Origin: Raillietiella orientalis
Lineage: Eukaryota
Assembly: GCA_036172245.1 (NCBI GenBank)
Contig: JAYWIR010000024.1
Coordinates: forward strand, 744,001-808,000
DNA: 64,000 bases
Direction: 5' to 3'
The notes below the pieces were generated by a model that searched no databases, was not told the DNA's origin, and saw nothing but the letters and a program-made list of their open reading frames with translations. This document shows, piece after piece, positions 1-15,200 of the stretch (position 1 is the first letter of the stretch; each line of letters begins with the position of its first letter). The translations under genes were made by a program, and so were the position numbers.

Positions 1-240
1 GCACTAACAGGTGCTGTAGTATTTTGAATATTTATCTTGTCTACAAAGACTGAGTTAATGTTATAAAGTACGACTACGACAGAATCGGTCCAACGTGACT
101 GATGTATAACAGCTACTATGTCAAAGCTAAACTGAAAGCAATGCATGGTAAATGCGATAAAGTGAAATACAAAAGCGTGGAAGACGCTTGGTACAGTGAT
201 TGAATTATCTCAATAGTGTATGCGTATGTAAGGAATTTTC

Positions 241-3200
241 ATGGATAGCCACCAAGACACAGGCATTGTTTCCGGGTAAGCACGTTGCTCAGTGGATGCT
301 TCATTTTTTTTTTTCCTTGTAAACGTTTGAAAATTTCTTCCCTTTTCTTAATAGACATGTTGATAGACCCGAAATAAAGAGAGAAGATATTGAATTAAAG
401 GATTATTTAGGAATGATAGAGGTATGCATTCCGAATTAAATTGCCTACAGTTGTTTGATGTATGAGAATTGCAGAATTCGGACAAAAAAGAACCTGATAT
501 GTTAGCAAGGGATGATCCAATCTTAGATGCTAATTATAATGGGATTGTACAGCCCAGTGTTGTCCCACCCCCCAATCGACCTGGTAGACTAACAAATCAA
601 CTAGTTTTTTTAGCTAAAGATGTCATGAAAGTTCTGTGGAAACACGAATATTCTTGGCCTTTTCTTAGTCCAGTCGATGCAAAAAAACTAAATATTCCAG
701 TAAGATTTCCAATCAAGCTTGCATTATCCTTAATTTATTAAACTAATTGTTCTTTTCAGGATTATTATAAAATAATTAAGCATCCAATGGATCTTGGTAC
801 AATTAAGAAAAGATTAGAAAACGATTATTATACAAGTGCTAAGGAGTGTATACAAGATTTTAATACAATGTTTACAAACTGTTATGTGTATAACAAACCG
901 GGTGAAGATGTTGTGCTAATGGCACAGACTTTAGAAAAGCTCTTTCTCACAAAAGTTTCCCAAATGCCAAAAGATGAAATTGTTACAGAGAGTCGAGTTC
1001 CACGTAGAGGGAAAGGCAAAAAAGGACGTCCTGTTATTGCACGTGGACGACCACCTGTTAATTCCCAACCAGTGACCTCTAGTGTTACAGTTGTGCAATC
1101 TACTATAGCATCTTCTCCATTATCAGCTACTACTACTGGAACAACACAGTTACCTCTCACAAACTCCACAACTGCAGTGGTTTCTGGAAATTTAGCCCCA
1201 ATTTCCCATTCTGCCCCTTTATCTGGCTCTCACAATGTCATCCCTCAACAGGTTGGTTTATGTTATTGAAAAAAAGTTCATGTGCTATCTTTTTGTGACG
1301 TATCATTGCTTATAGTATACACATGGGCTTCTTATATTTATTGCATCCTTTGCTTTTGTGTTTTAAGTGACATTGATTTATATCAATCTGAAAGCATCCG
1401 AATGGTTGCTGATTTGACTGACGTGATTAATAGATGTTTCAGTCCATTACTAGCGTATATCGCATGCTTTGAAATATTTGTGCATTTTAATCCGCAGAAT
1501 AGTCAATGATGCAAGTTTTAAAATAAGATCATTAGCGATAAACTCATTAATTTAAAAAGTGCTTTGAAGGCAACTCGTTAATATTATAAATAAAATGTTT
1601 TTTTATCAGCATAGTGTGAATTCGGGGGGAAAATTGTCCAGTTTTCTTGACTTATGAGAGTCTAGGTAGTGGTGATCCTTTGAGATGATTTTTCAAATTT
1701 TTCAAAGTAGAATGGTCATTAATTAATTCACCTTATTTATAACTGGAAGATCTTGCATAAAATTAAATCTGCAAAATTTCTTCAAATTGCATAATAATTT
1801 TTTGTTTTTGTTTGTAATTTACTCCACTTTTTAAAGGTCGAGTTGGGTTTCTATAACAATGCATGAATCTTTTTGCAGTACTATAGAGCAAACCAATAAA
1901 AAGTGCATGCATTCAGGACATTTTAAGAGCAAATTGTTAGCTTCAAGAATTTTCATTCAATTTAGTTATTATTTGGTTGACAGTGTAAGCTGTTTGCCAT
2001 CTCAAGTACTGCTGATGTATCTGCAGATGATACTGAAAAGTTTGGTTGAATTTGATTTGTTTGTTGCATGTGTACATTTTCGAAATATAGAAGTTAAAAT
2101 ATTTAGATTTTCTTTGAAAGCAAAATTTGTATTAAGATTTAACGAATCCCATATCAATTGATTGAAACCCACCCAAAATGAATTCTTTTCATTTGTTTGT
2201 TTAATTTAGGAAGTATGCTAATTTTCGTTTAATTAATATGTATGGAAATTTCAATGTATTTAATTGTTTGATGGTAACTGTGCTTGATTATTTATATATT
2301 AGGGTTTTCATTTTTATTTACTTGAATTATAAGTGTTTGCTAACATAAGTAATTCTCTTACTGTCCTAAATCCTTTTCATAGTATTCAGGATTGTAAAAT
2401 CATTTCGTAAAGTCATTACCATAAAAATTAACTTTGGAAACTGCTTTATGGATTGCATTCAGGCATTCATTAAAAAAGTCATACGATATTTATGTGGATG
2501 CGTGGTTGTTACCAATAATCTGAAGTAAGACTTTTTCATATGAATATCAAAATTGTTAAGTTACCTAATAATTATCGTCGTTGCATTTCATTTTTAATAT
2601 GAAATTTTTTTTACAAAATCAATTGGAATAGAGGGATGGTTGCATTTTTATTTAAAATTCATAGTAATGCGCATTTAAAATTGCATTATTTGTAAGTTGA
2701 ACCCACAAATATTAAATCTGTCATCCATGAGACATAAATTATAGTTTAGAATTTAAATATGTCTCTGTAATTCATTTGCAATAGAAAACTGCAAAGGCAA
2801 ATTTGAAAGTAGTTGATTTACATTTTGTCTCATGGTGAGAACACTTGCATCACGAAAAAGTAGTAGCAAGTTTTGGCTCTCAGTTTTTGTGTTTATATTT
2901 TGAGAGCAGTACAGTATTTGTATGCTCAGCTTAACATTATGCGCATATTGATAATTCCCAATTAGTCATCAAGATAGTGAATTAATTGCTTAGCAGTAGT
3001 ATGAAAATTTTATAAATCCATAACTACATAGCCAGTGTCCTAAAATTCTAGTAAACCATGGACTGAAGCTATGTTAGGTTTTATTCAGGATTGCTAATCA
3101 TTAATTTAAATCAACCTTATGTTTGCCTTATAGAGTTGCATTTCTTGGTTTTGAAGTACGAGTTTTCTGGATAAATAATAACAACTAAACCAGTAACAGT

Positions 3201-6200
3201 AAATCTAAGTAGTTCTTAAAGTTCACATAGCATAATAATTTGCACAATATCTATCTGGGAATCATATTTTCAGTTAAGTTTATTTGGAAAAGAATATTTG
3301 TGAGCCTCTTGAAGTATTTGAAACTCAATTGAGAATGGCTACAGTAATATGCCAATAATGAATTCTTTTAGAATTAAATAATGTACGAGCGTTCAAAATC
3401 ATTAAACACATAATTTCGTGGCTATTGAATAGTGTGCCTCCAAATAGTTTGTGACTGTACGGAAAAATAAAATTGTACAATTCATTAATGACAGTCCTTA
3501 GTTAAGATGTATCAAATCAGACTAAACTAGTTGCCAAATTGAGGTTTTATTTTCTGATGGTTTATAAAGTGAGCTTTTGTGTGGTAGGTTTTTTTATTTA
3601 GTGGAAGTTGGGGTATTTGATCGCTGATTTGCGAAGCTAAAAATTTTATCCCATATTAAGTTCTGCTTTTGGTTATTTATGTTGTTTTTCAGTCAGTGAT
3701 CAAGGTATCTTGGTATGAAATGATTTTTTGGCTCACCTAGTTCATTTTTTTTAATGTTAGACTTTTGATCACTGAGGAAGTAGGTGATCTAAGCTTAGTT
3801 ACTAGTCAAGAGTGGGTGTTCCAGTTGTTTGAAGTGAATTGCTTTGGAAAAGTGAAAAGATTACAGTGCTAATGTTATAATTATTTACAGTTGAGTGACA
3901 AGAAGATAAATGCTATTGTGGAAGTGCATGTAAATTATTGAGGTGTGTTCATATATGTTCTAAATCATTTAGTGATACTTGCTGAATGTGGAGTGTGATT
4001 GTGATCATATCTTAGATGTTTGCTATCAATTTTTCAGCAAAAGGATCAGCTCTCCAATGAAAGATAACATCAGTGGAGGTGAATGGAAAAGTTTGATAGG
4101 TTTATTAATTCATAATTTAGTTTTAAGATTTTGGTTTAGTTTTGTTGTGAGAATTGTAATCCACTACTATGTCTGATGAATTCCATCATTTCTAAGAGAT
4201 TTAGATGTACGTTTAGATGTTTGTTTTTGTTTTTTAAAAAAGATGAATTCATCTATTATGCTGAGCATTTGCTTAAACTTCAAACTGTTATCTAATATAT
4301 ATATATATATATACGTACAATTATTGGAGCCGTAAGGTATTAGAAAATTTTGAAAACTACATCAGTATGTATGACTATAATAGGTCTGTAAAGGTGTGGT
4401 GATTTCGTTTTCTGTGTATTGTTTGTTTGATTCCTTTTGAAGTGTGCCTGTATTGCAATTATATATTGTATATTATTTAATACTAAACCCAATAATCTGC
4501 TAGTAATTCCTTTACTATCAGATTATGGATTTATATATTACAGTTATAACCAATTATTAATTATTTGTGTTTTACTTATTTTAAGTATTTTATATCAGTT
4601 TTTTATATTTTGTCTTTCAGGTTGCTTGAATTATTCGTTCTTTAAAGTATTTGTATGTTTTGGAAATAAAAAATATACATATTTTTTTTAAAAAGAAGTG
4701 CAGGATAATTTATGATTGTTGCTTCATTGCTATGAAGCTTTTAATTCCAATTTTGATGTCAATAAATTAATAAAGAAATTAAAAAATTCAATGTGTCTAT
4801 TGCTGATATTATTTGTTGGTGTGGGTACAATTTAATTTTCATTGAATGTTTGTACTTTTGGCTATCAACTATGAAAGTCAGTCTGTCAGTCAGAACTTAG
4901 TTTAATGGTACTTTATGTTTCATGTGTAGTAACATAATTTATTTCAAACAGATTCTTAGAACTTTTTAGTTTATCTTTCTTCATGTTAAGAAATATCGTA
5001 CTTTGATCATTTTGGAAGCAAAGTATTTACTCAAGTATCTGGGAAATTGAATGAATTATATTTTAGGCACAATAAGCTACACCACATTTATAAGTTTTTT
5101 TTAAATATTGTAACTTAAAGGAAAAAGAAAAGCAAACTGTGCAAGTGAACTTTCTAAGAGTTTTATTTATTTGGAAAAGAGAGTATTTAGTTTTTAAAAA
5201 GTTAATGATGTTTGCAGTGCATATTAAGTATTTATTAAATAGTAATTAAAGCTATATTTTGTGGTCAACAAATTTACAATGTTTTTACCTTCTCATCTTA
5301 TATACATTGCTAATTGGGATAATTGCACCAATAGATTTATGCTTGGGAAGACAGGCTACCAAAATATTGTGGCAATTTAATTTTATCATTCATGTCTAAT
5401 AGTATTAAAGTTAGATTACAATAATTCAAAATGGAATATATGTGTTCCCAATCAAGATGGCAGTATTTTTTGACAGCTCCTTTTTTATGCAAGATTATTT
5501 GATAAAATTCCTTTTTCTTTTCACTCAGGGATTTCACAGGGTAAATATCCATAACAGCTGCTTCTAAGCAATTTTATTTTGTTTGATGGAGTAAATTTGT
5601 TTCTTCATGGCTTAAGAATCCGTAATTCAATAATATCCTCTGAGAATCCAGTTCTTGATTGTGTGAACTCCTCATGGTACTCATGTATAAGCAAGCTTGT
5701 ATTTTCATCTCATTTGTTGTGGCTATAGAAAGTGAAAAAGTCATGGAAAATTGTTATAATTGAAACACAGATTATTTTAGCATGATTTGAAAGTTGTGTA
5801 GAGCTCATGCAAAGATTTCTTAATAAATTCTGCAGTATATTCTGTGAATTTTTTCTTATAAATGTAAATCTGAACTCTTCTATGACATAAACTCATTTTT
5901 ATTCGTTAAAGCAAACTATTGTCAACCAAGTAAGACTACTGTTTTTATCATTTGTATTTTTGGAAGCTATTTTATGTTACTGTTTCTTGATTTAACCATT
6001 TCTAACTTTTTTTGCAACAAATAGTTTACAAATAAGTAAGCAAGCACATATGTTTCTAAATATTGTAAATATAAAAGAATTACTTATCTGTATTTTTATC
6101 AAAATTAAACTTGCTTTGGAATATTTGAGAATGAGTTTCCATTATGCTACATTCCAGTATGCTACTTAATAATGTAGGTCTCTTCTTTGGTTGTTGAATT

Positions 6201-9200
6201 ACGCATTCAGACTAGAGTATTCACATTCACAACAAATGTTCTCTTTGATCTTGTTGGCTATCAACATGTGTTTTGCAGCTGACTTCATATTTGAAATATT
6301 TTATAAAGTATGCACAAAACTCATTTCCTTCTCTTCATTCTTCCTCCTGGATCACATTTTGAAATTTTGTTCGAGCTTCCTAGTTCCCCCTGTAAGTAAA
6401 AGTGACAGCCATCAAGTAGATAAATAAGGGAAACAGTAATCAGGTTTGTTTTTTGCTGTGTAAAACAAAGCCTGATCAAGTACATGCATTATTGATTTAA
6501 CTGACTTGGATGTTCTCCAATTCAGTGTAAAAAGCATTTACTTGATAATTTATTTAATCAAAGGAAATTCTGTGTGAGTTGCAAACGTACAAAACACGAT
6601 ATTTCTGTTTTCAAAGTGGTGTGTCTTTATAAATAAGTATAGGGTATTTGTTGAAAATACATTTTGGATGCTAAGTCCATTCTTCATTATTAAGCATTTG
6701 CTTTAAATACTTTTATTTTTGATTTTGATTTCTTTTCACTGGAAGGTTAATATGGTTTCATTCCAGTAGTGTTCTTCATTGATTTCACACATGCACTATT
6801 ATGCAGGTTTATTTTCTTTCGTGTTCTTCATTGATTAGTAGACGTTGTGATGTATTTTCAGTGTTCAGTTTTTCAAATGTAATTTAGAACTTTATTTAGG
6901 GTCATCTGTTAAATACCACTTATCATCCTGTTCATCCCAATATTGAAATCCAGCCTCTGGCATCTAATCAGTTAGTTACGTCTCCTATTCAACTCCAGCC
7001 TGCTGTTGGACCTGCCAAAGTGAAGAAAGGTGTTAAAAGAAAAGCAGATACGACTACTCCTATGCCTGCAAGTGCCCCTTTTGATCCTACATTTCAATTA
7101 AATGTAGAACCTAAACTTGCCAAAGTTGCCACTCGAAGGGAATCAGGAAGACAGATTAAAAAAGTGGTGAAAGATCTCCCTGAAACTCAAGTAAGATAAT
7201 TACATTTTAAATATTCTGTGCACATCACGGCGTTCTGAGCTGTTTATAATTAAAAATTCATTACTCATCTAGCTTGTGCTTCAGAATTGTCCAATTGTGC
7301 ATGGAATATGCAAAATGCTTATTACAGTTACAGTGTGGAAAGTTTAAAAATATGCATAAGCAATAAATTAGGTCATGTCTTTACAGCCTCAGCATGGTTC
7401 TGTCAAGGGGAAAAGAGGTCCATTATCTGAACAGTTGAAACACTGCCATGTCATCCTAAAGGACCTTTTTCATAAAAGACATGCTGTAAGTTAATGTTGT
7501 CTCTGTATTTCACCATCTATCACTATACTACGATTGTACATTCTGCAAAATTAAACCCATGCATATTTGAACGTTTAATCACACTCAACTTGCCTAACTG
7601 TATTAGGTAAAATATGTCATCATCCCTACTTTATTGCAAGGATTTTGATGCTTTAAGGACAATACTGAACATATGCTTAAATTGTAGCTGGCATGCATCT
7701 TCAACCTCATGATTGAATAATGCAATCATCAATCTTCTAACTATTTCTGAATGAAGTATTTAGAAGTGTGCGTATTTTAATATTTGTTAATTTAGTTAAT
7801 TAAGGTTCACAGTGTAACCTATCATCTTAAAATGCTATTAAAAATATGAATATTATTCAGGTAAAACGCAACTATCCAAAGTGTCAAAATATGGTACTCA
7901 TCAAAATATTGGTACTCATTTGTTGAATATTTTTTTTTTCCAGTATACATTTAAAAATGAAATAATTTAAACATTCATACGCTTATATTTATGAATGACC
8001 TAATTAAAATCGTCTGTTTTTGAAGTTTCAAGATATAATAAATGTTTATGTACTTGACAGAAGATTTGAGATTCTTTGCAGTTTCATTTGGGAAAAAAGG
8101 AAAAGTTCTTCACTGAGCACACTAATTATTGTCTTATTAATGTTCGTACATTTAAGTTAATTTAGTCTTAGGAATGCCATGTCTGAATTTTTTTTAAACA
8201 CTCTCATGAGGTTCAAGAAGTTATTTGCAATAATAGGTTGGCTTGTACTTGAAGTTTAATTGAACATAATTTTTGAAGGTCTACTTTCTTTGTGTTTTGT
8301 TTTTTAGTATCCATGGATGGGATTTTTACATTCAATTAATGTAAACTATGCACAGTACTTTGTTGCTACATTTATTTCAAATCTGAACTTATTTCATGGA
8401 TTGAATTTCACCAAACAACCATCTTTATGTTGATGTTCATGTACAAGGAAAATCATTTTATAAGCCTTATTATTTCTTCTTTGGCACTGGGAATTAGAAT
8501 TTCTTTTAATTACAAGTTTAGTTGGATGAACATTGAAATTTATTTTCCAGTAGTGAATTTTCTGTGTGCAACTTCCAGATTAAAATAATTGCAGTATGTT
8601 TTCATGAAGGTGCTGAATATTTAGTAGTTAAAAAGGTCTTTCAAAATTGATTCATGAAAACTGGATAGCACTGTTTTTAAACTACAGATTTATTCTTTTG
8701 TGATTATGTAAGTCATGGAAAACTTTTTAAAGTTCTGATTATAACAAGATATTTGATTCCATGCTTTCATTAGATACAAGTTTAAAGCTCTGATTTCTTG
8801 CATACTCATGTATAAAAAGTTTTGTCTTTTATCTCTGAATGAGAAAATCTCATTTCTCATTGTGTGTGATTCAGTTTTTCTGCTTTCATTTTCACTAGTG
8901 ACGTATTTGGGCCCAGGTACTGAACATTCAATTTGTCTAGAAGATCCACTTTATTCATCTGTCTATAATAAAAGTTAATAGTAACTAAAATAAGCTGGAA
9001 CATAAAGCAGTTATTTTGAATCTTCTTGAAAAATAGCATAGCATAGCATAGTTTCCAAGCTATAAAACAATAATAATAACTTAATTCGTGTAAATTAACT
9101 TGAGCATTTGAAATAAACTATTTTGTGGACATTTTTATGTTTTTGCATTTGTACTTTGCGTACTTTTTTTTGTTCTGGTTCTCGGTTGGTATGTTTTACT

Positions 9201-12200
9201 CATTAGATTAGACATTACGCAGTTTATGAACTATTTTATTTTGGTGTATAATTAAGGTGTAAAGACTTCCCAGGGTTACTAAGTTCTGTTCTGTTCTTTG
9301 TATTGAAGTGCTGGATTCTGTATTCATATTTTAAACATGTTCATTGCAATAGAGTGAATATGAATTATATTTAAAGTTTTAAGTTTTTTGTTAAAGTATG
9401 CCTCAGTACATTACTGTTCTTGCAAATAAGTGCATGTTAATGCTGGTTCAGGTTCAGAGTTATGATCTGTGCGCATTTATTCAGAAATTAAGTTTTAATA
9501 TTTGGTAATTTTGTTCTTAGCTGTTCATTCAAGTATAATGGGTATTTTAATTCGCTGACCTGTAAGCAGTGTTGTTGATGTTGCTACATTTAATGTAAAG
9601 ATTGTTGTGTATGTTAAGGGTTATTGCAAGATTTAGGTTTAGGTTGTGTCAGTAATCTAATGGTTATGGGCATTTTAGTTTAGGCGTTTAAGTTTTATTA
9701 GTTTGAGATCAGGTAAGATTAAATGCACGTAACTATACTTGACGGTTAGCAATATTGATTTTGTCTTGTAAATACAAAGTGAGAAACAGTGAATCCTTGC
9801 AGTGATCCTAGATATATTATTTTGAGTTATTGCATCCATGTAATGAAAGTATGTGAAACAATTGTTCTGTATGATACAGAATTATTGATGCAGAGTGTTG
9901 ATGTGTTTCAGTTGCATAGTAATGTAACTATCATGCTAAAATTGCATATCACTGTGAGCATGTAAAATTTTTTGACAATCTATCGCAATTTCTTTGCCAT
10001 ATCTTTTAGTTTGTTTAAAGTTTAATGGATTATTACAATTTCTATATGATTGTTTTTCTAGTCGTATGCATGGCCTTTCTACAAACCAGTTGATGTTAAT
10101 TATCTTGGATTGCATGACTATCATGAAATCGTTAAACATCCCATGGATCTAGGCAGTGTCAAGGTGAGAAAAGGTTCATTTGCGTTGAACTGGTGCTTGG
10201 ACTGATAGAAGCAGTTAAAACTTGATAATCGAGAATACAAAAATGCTGCTGAATTCGCTGCTGATGTGAGATTGATTTTCACGAATTGCTACAAGTACAA
10301 TCCTCCAGATCATGATATTGTCGCCATGGCCAAGCGTCTGCAAGATGTTTTTGAAATACGGTATTGAATTTCTGTATCAATTGGTTTTGATGTTTTTTAA
10401 TTTTCTGTTGTAGCTATGCAAAGATTCCAGATGAGCCAAGTCCACTTCTTGATGAGAAAACCACCACTTCTGAATCAGAGTCATTATCAGAATCTGAATC
10501 TGATTCAGATGTGGAACGACATAGAAGGATAATTCAAATACAAGAGCAGGTAAACGGAAAAGAAAAAAAAAAAACATGCAAGTAGTTGTAGTAGTTTATA
10601 TTTTACATATTTGAAGTATGATTGTTGCTTTTAAGACCTCAGATTTCCTTGCAGCTTGACATGCCTGTTTGTTAACATTCTTAGTACAATCAGATGTTCA
10701 TGGATAACATGATTTATAAAGGACTTCTATGCAATAGAAAGAGAGCCTTACTGCTATCCACAATCCATTTATTATTTATAACAGAGTATAGGGAGCAAAC
10801 ACTGATTTGCTATTAAGAAGCAATTTCTTGATCCATCTTGTTCAGGTTCATTATGCATTTATTTTCACTGTCAGGATTTCTTAGCAGAGGGCATTTTTAG
10901 GATCCTATTACATGTTAGAAGTAATAAGGAAGAGTCATTTTATATGAATTGTTCCAGTTTTTTAGTGGCTGTTAAAGATGATTTGAATGCACTCACATTG
11001 CACAAATTTCTTTATTTCCAAAGAAATTTCATTTCTAGTGTATTAGGAGCTGCTAAGTTTTATTAATATTTTAAAGAGCAAGTTTAGAGTCTAGTGACAT
11101 TTTTGCAGTGCGAGCAAGCAGTGCTACGTTTTGTTTTTATTGCACTGGAAACGATAAAGAAGCGTTTCGTTCTAGATTTCCGCATCTAATGTGCATTTTT
11201 TTGTAATAGTGAATGACATTTTGTGTTAATATGTTATTTTTACTGATGGGACAGTTGTACTTGTTTTTGTGTCATAAGCAAAAAATGTTTGTGTTATTGG
11301 TATTCCAGATTTAGCGATTCCAAGGAGTTTATTAGACAGTTACACTGGTTATATATATGAAGCCTTTCCCAGCATGTTCTGTGTTTTGAAGGAGTGTCAA
11401 CTTTATCTGTTCATAAAGGGTTTTGTATTTTTCTGACATTTTTGATTATTTTGAAATTTTCCGTAAATGGCAAAGTCTTTTGCATCGAATAAATCCAAAA
11501 GGTTTGCTACAGTAGTAACAAGGTTGCTGTTGAAATTTAGTTCATTCATTGGAAGCTTGTTTGATGAAAAGGCTGAAATAGGTAGTCAAGAAGGTTATTT
11601 TAAATCATAAGTGTGCAAAGCCTATTTCCCAGCTACAAAACCATAATAAATTAATCTGCTTTATAAAACAATAAATTCATCTATTTAATCCAAATCCAGT
11701 GCATCAGTTATTTGCTAGCAGCAGTTGTGTGCAGTTCAAAATGACTTAATTATTAAATGATTGATGTGGTTAGTTGTGCATGATGTTTGCAGAATGTAAC
11801 ATAATGTGCTATTCAGCCTTGTGTTAACTTGTTTTTTTATTATTTAATCAGTTGTACATAATAGGTAATAGGAATGAATTTAATGATCTTCTCCAGATCA
11901 CTTAATCTAGACCTCAGTGGAATTTTTGCTTGCACATTTAGGAAGTCTTTACTTATGTTGTATTAGCTTTTCTAAATAAAAAGGTCTTCATGTTGAAATT
12001 GAACAAAAATTCTTGAAAAAGAAAAGTACTTGTTCATCTTGGGAGGGAGATATTAGTTTAGATTTTATGTGATGTTTTAAAAACATTTTATTTGTATTTT
12101 ACAAGGTTTTAAGTTAACTTTCATCATAATTTTAAATTTGTTGTGTTAGTTTTAATTTTCAATAATCATGTTGTAAGCAAATGTATGGATAAGTATGGTA

Positions 12201-15200
12201 TGGTTATTGGTAATCGTATCATTTAGAAAAGAAATATGTTTAAAAAAAATTCTTTAAATTTTGTCGTACTTGATTTTAGTTTTAAAAAAATCAGGGTATG
12301 ACTCCCTTGTATGTAATTTGTACAAATATTGTATTTCCATAGCGAAATACTAGTTGATGTTTTTTTTTAATTCATTTTTTGTTGTTTTCCAAAGGTGAAA
12401 CAGATGCAGAAACAGATAGATATGATTATGGAAGAGCTGCATAGGAAAAGACGTAAAAAAGAGAAAAAGAAAAAAGATAAAGAAAGGGACAAATTAACTC
12501 CCAGTGAAATTGGTGCAGGTTATAATTGTTGGCATTCACTGTTTATGTTGCCTTCGCCTAATATTGCATTAGTAACTAGTGTGTGGTGTGCTAGAAATTT
12601 ATTTGTTTTGTTTGCTACGCTTTTGCTTCTGCTTGCCATCAAGCATTTCTGTTAACAGGTGATCATAAATCTTCACCAGGAGACAAAACATTTTCGAAAT
12701 CAAAAATCAAGTCATCCAAAGTTACTGGAGTGAAGGCCCCAATTTCCAAAAAACAGAAACAAACTTCAAAGTTAAGCAGTAGCAGCAAGAAAAAACAAAT
12801 GGCATCCTTGCCCCCTGTAACAATGGCGCCATATGATTCTGATGATGAAGACAATGCCAAACCTATGTCATATGACGAAAAAAGACAATTGAGTTTAGAT
12901 ATAAACAAACTTCCTGGTTAGAATTCTTTTTTATTGAATTCTGAGGAATGTCTTGTCATAGGAGATAAACTTGGAAGAGTGGTTCACATCATACAATCCA
13001 GGGAACCATCTCTTCGAGACTCAAACCCAGATGAAATCGAGATAGACTTCGAAACCCTAAAACCATCAACTCTTCGGGAATTAGAAACATATGTTTCTTC
13101 GTGTCTTCGTAAAAAACCTGCCAAACCATACTGTGAGTATCATCTTTTTTGCGGAATAAAAATATCATTATAAATAGATCGTAAGCCCAGCGGTAAAACT
13201 AAAGATGAACAACTTTCTGAGAAAAAGCAAGAGTTAGAAAAGCGGCTGCAAGACGTAACAGGTCAACTTGGTACCAAGAAACCAACAAAAAAAGGTAAAT
13301 AGTCTCAAAATTGGAATGTTATAATATTTGAAAATTAGAAGAAGGAAAAGGAGGTGACATATCTGGAAGTGCAAGTCGTCTATCTGCCAGCAGCTCATCC
13401 TCCAGTGATTCTGAGACATCCAGTTCTTCTTCAAGTTCGAGCTCAAGTGACAGTTCAGACTCTGAAGCAGGTTAGCTAGAGCCCCAGATGGCAACTTTAA
13501 CATGTACTCTGAGTGGGATGGCTCGGGGGATGCGGACTCTTGTAAAGATCAAATGATGATGGCATTCTCAGGAAGTTGTTCACTAATACTCGTAGCCTAG
13601 ATCTGTGCGGTACTGAGTGCAGAATATGTCCTAGGTCCGCGTGCTGGGTGGGATATGGCCGCAATGCAGACAATGTGCTCAGCACAAGCTGGCGGACCCT
13701 GGCTTTGAACACATTGTTTGCACTTGGCACAGGGCAAAATTGCTTGATCCTGTTAGGCGCATGCTGCGCCATCTTGTAATGTCAAGTGTGCATGTGCTAT
13801 TATCTGTATTTTGTTTACGACCAATAAAGTTTTAAGAATCTTATTTGAGAGTTTCATTCTGCACTCAACTCATGGTTTGCAAATTATCTGTGATCTTGAT
13901 GCTTCTCTTACTCCTTAGAGCTTTTGGCACACAAAAAATCAAAAACAGAGGATAAACGCAAGGTAAGTTTAGCAGCAGGGAGCAAGGGATGTAGCTAGAT
14001 TATTATAGCAGTCTGGGGTATTGGATGCACGAGAAAATTTTTCATATACCTCAACAAGCATGCATCCCACCATTCCACTTTCTGGTAAACCTAGCAGTTT
14101 TGCTGCTGGTCAGCGTTCTATACTTGGTAGGTACTCAGTTTGCTAGTACAATATTGAGTCTCATTATTAGCTCATTCAGCTGTGAAAGATAATCCAACTC
14201 CCAACCATTCACTCCACATTCAGTTATCAGAAACCAGTCCTTCTATCCTTGCCTCCCATTTGCAAGAAGAGTCTCAGCTATTATCCAATCAAATAAGCAA
14301 GAATGAAGGAGCTATAAATAATGGTGTGCTGGAGGACTCATTTTTGCCCACTCAATCAACTCAAGCTCCATCAGCATTACTATTACCTGTATCAAAACCC
14401 ACAAATGTTGGGCCATTAAAAAGTCCTCTGAGTAACCCCAGTCTATCACTAGAGGTCTCAACATGCCCCAACAATGTAGAACAAGAAGTTAACGAGACTG
14501 GTTCTTCTTTGGATTCTGCTGATGGTGATACTGCTGAAGGTAGATATTACTGAACTCAAGTCGAAAATTTAAATGTTGCTGCTCCAGTACTGACTAATGG
14601 TGATAAGAAGGATGCAAATCCTAATCTTGTTGGTGACAAAGGCATTTTAGCATTAGCACAAGCTTTTAAAAAAGCAAAAAATCCTTCTTCTTGGGTTGGA
14701 TTAACACAGGCAGCTGCTGCAGTTCCAACTACTGTTGGTGTGCCAATGAAGGCTACCATGGATAGTTTCCAACAGTTCAAGAAACAAGCAAAAGAAAAAC
14801 AAGAAAGAGTAACATTTGTTATTTTTCAGTGCAAATGAAGGACATTATTCATTTTAGCAACGGCAGTTGAGAGAACAACAGGAATTGCGTCGTTATCAGA
14901 AGGAACAAGCAGAAAAAGAACGTTTGCGTGCTGAACAAGAAAAAAAGCGTGAACAAGAAGAGGAAGAAGCATTGGAGCATGCAAGGTATGTTGATTGCAT
15001 GTATCAGTTCTCATAGGAAATTCTTTCAGGAAACAGCAGCAGGAACAATTAAAGTTAGATGAGATTCAGAATCTTGAAGGAATCAACAACAGTGCTATTG
15101 AAACTGCTGAGTTGGAGCGAGAAAGGCAGAGACAGAGAGAGCAAGAACGTCGCCGGAGGGAAGCAATGGCAAGGCAAATTGATTTGACTCAGCAATCTGA

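Noticed and set aside
13553..13617. C/D-box snoRNA (ATGATGA...CTGA) in the BET intron
   Set aside because: No terminal stem and no recognisable rRNA guide sequence.
14540..14587. Stop-codon readthrough or a 21-nt intron in BET (in-frame TGA at 14551-14553)
   Set aside because: An ordinary 48-nt GT-AG intron (14540-14587) removes the stop and keeps the frame.
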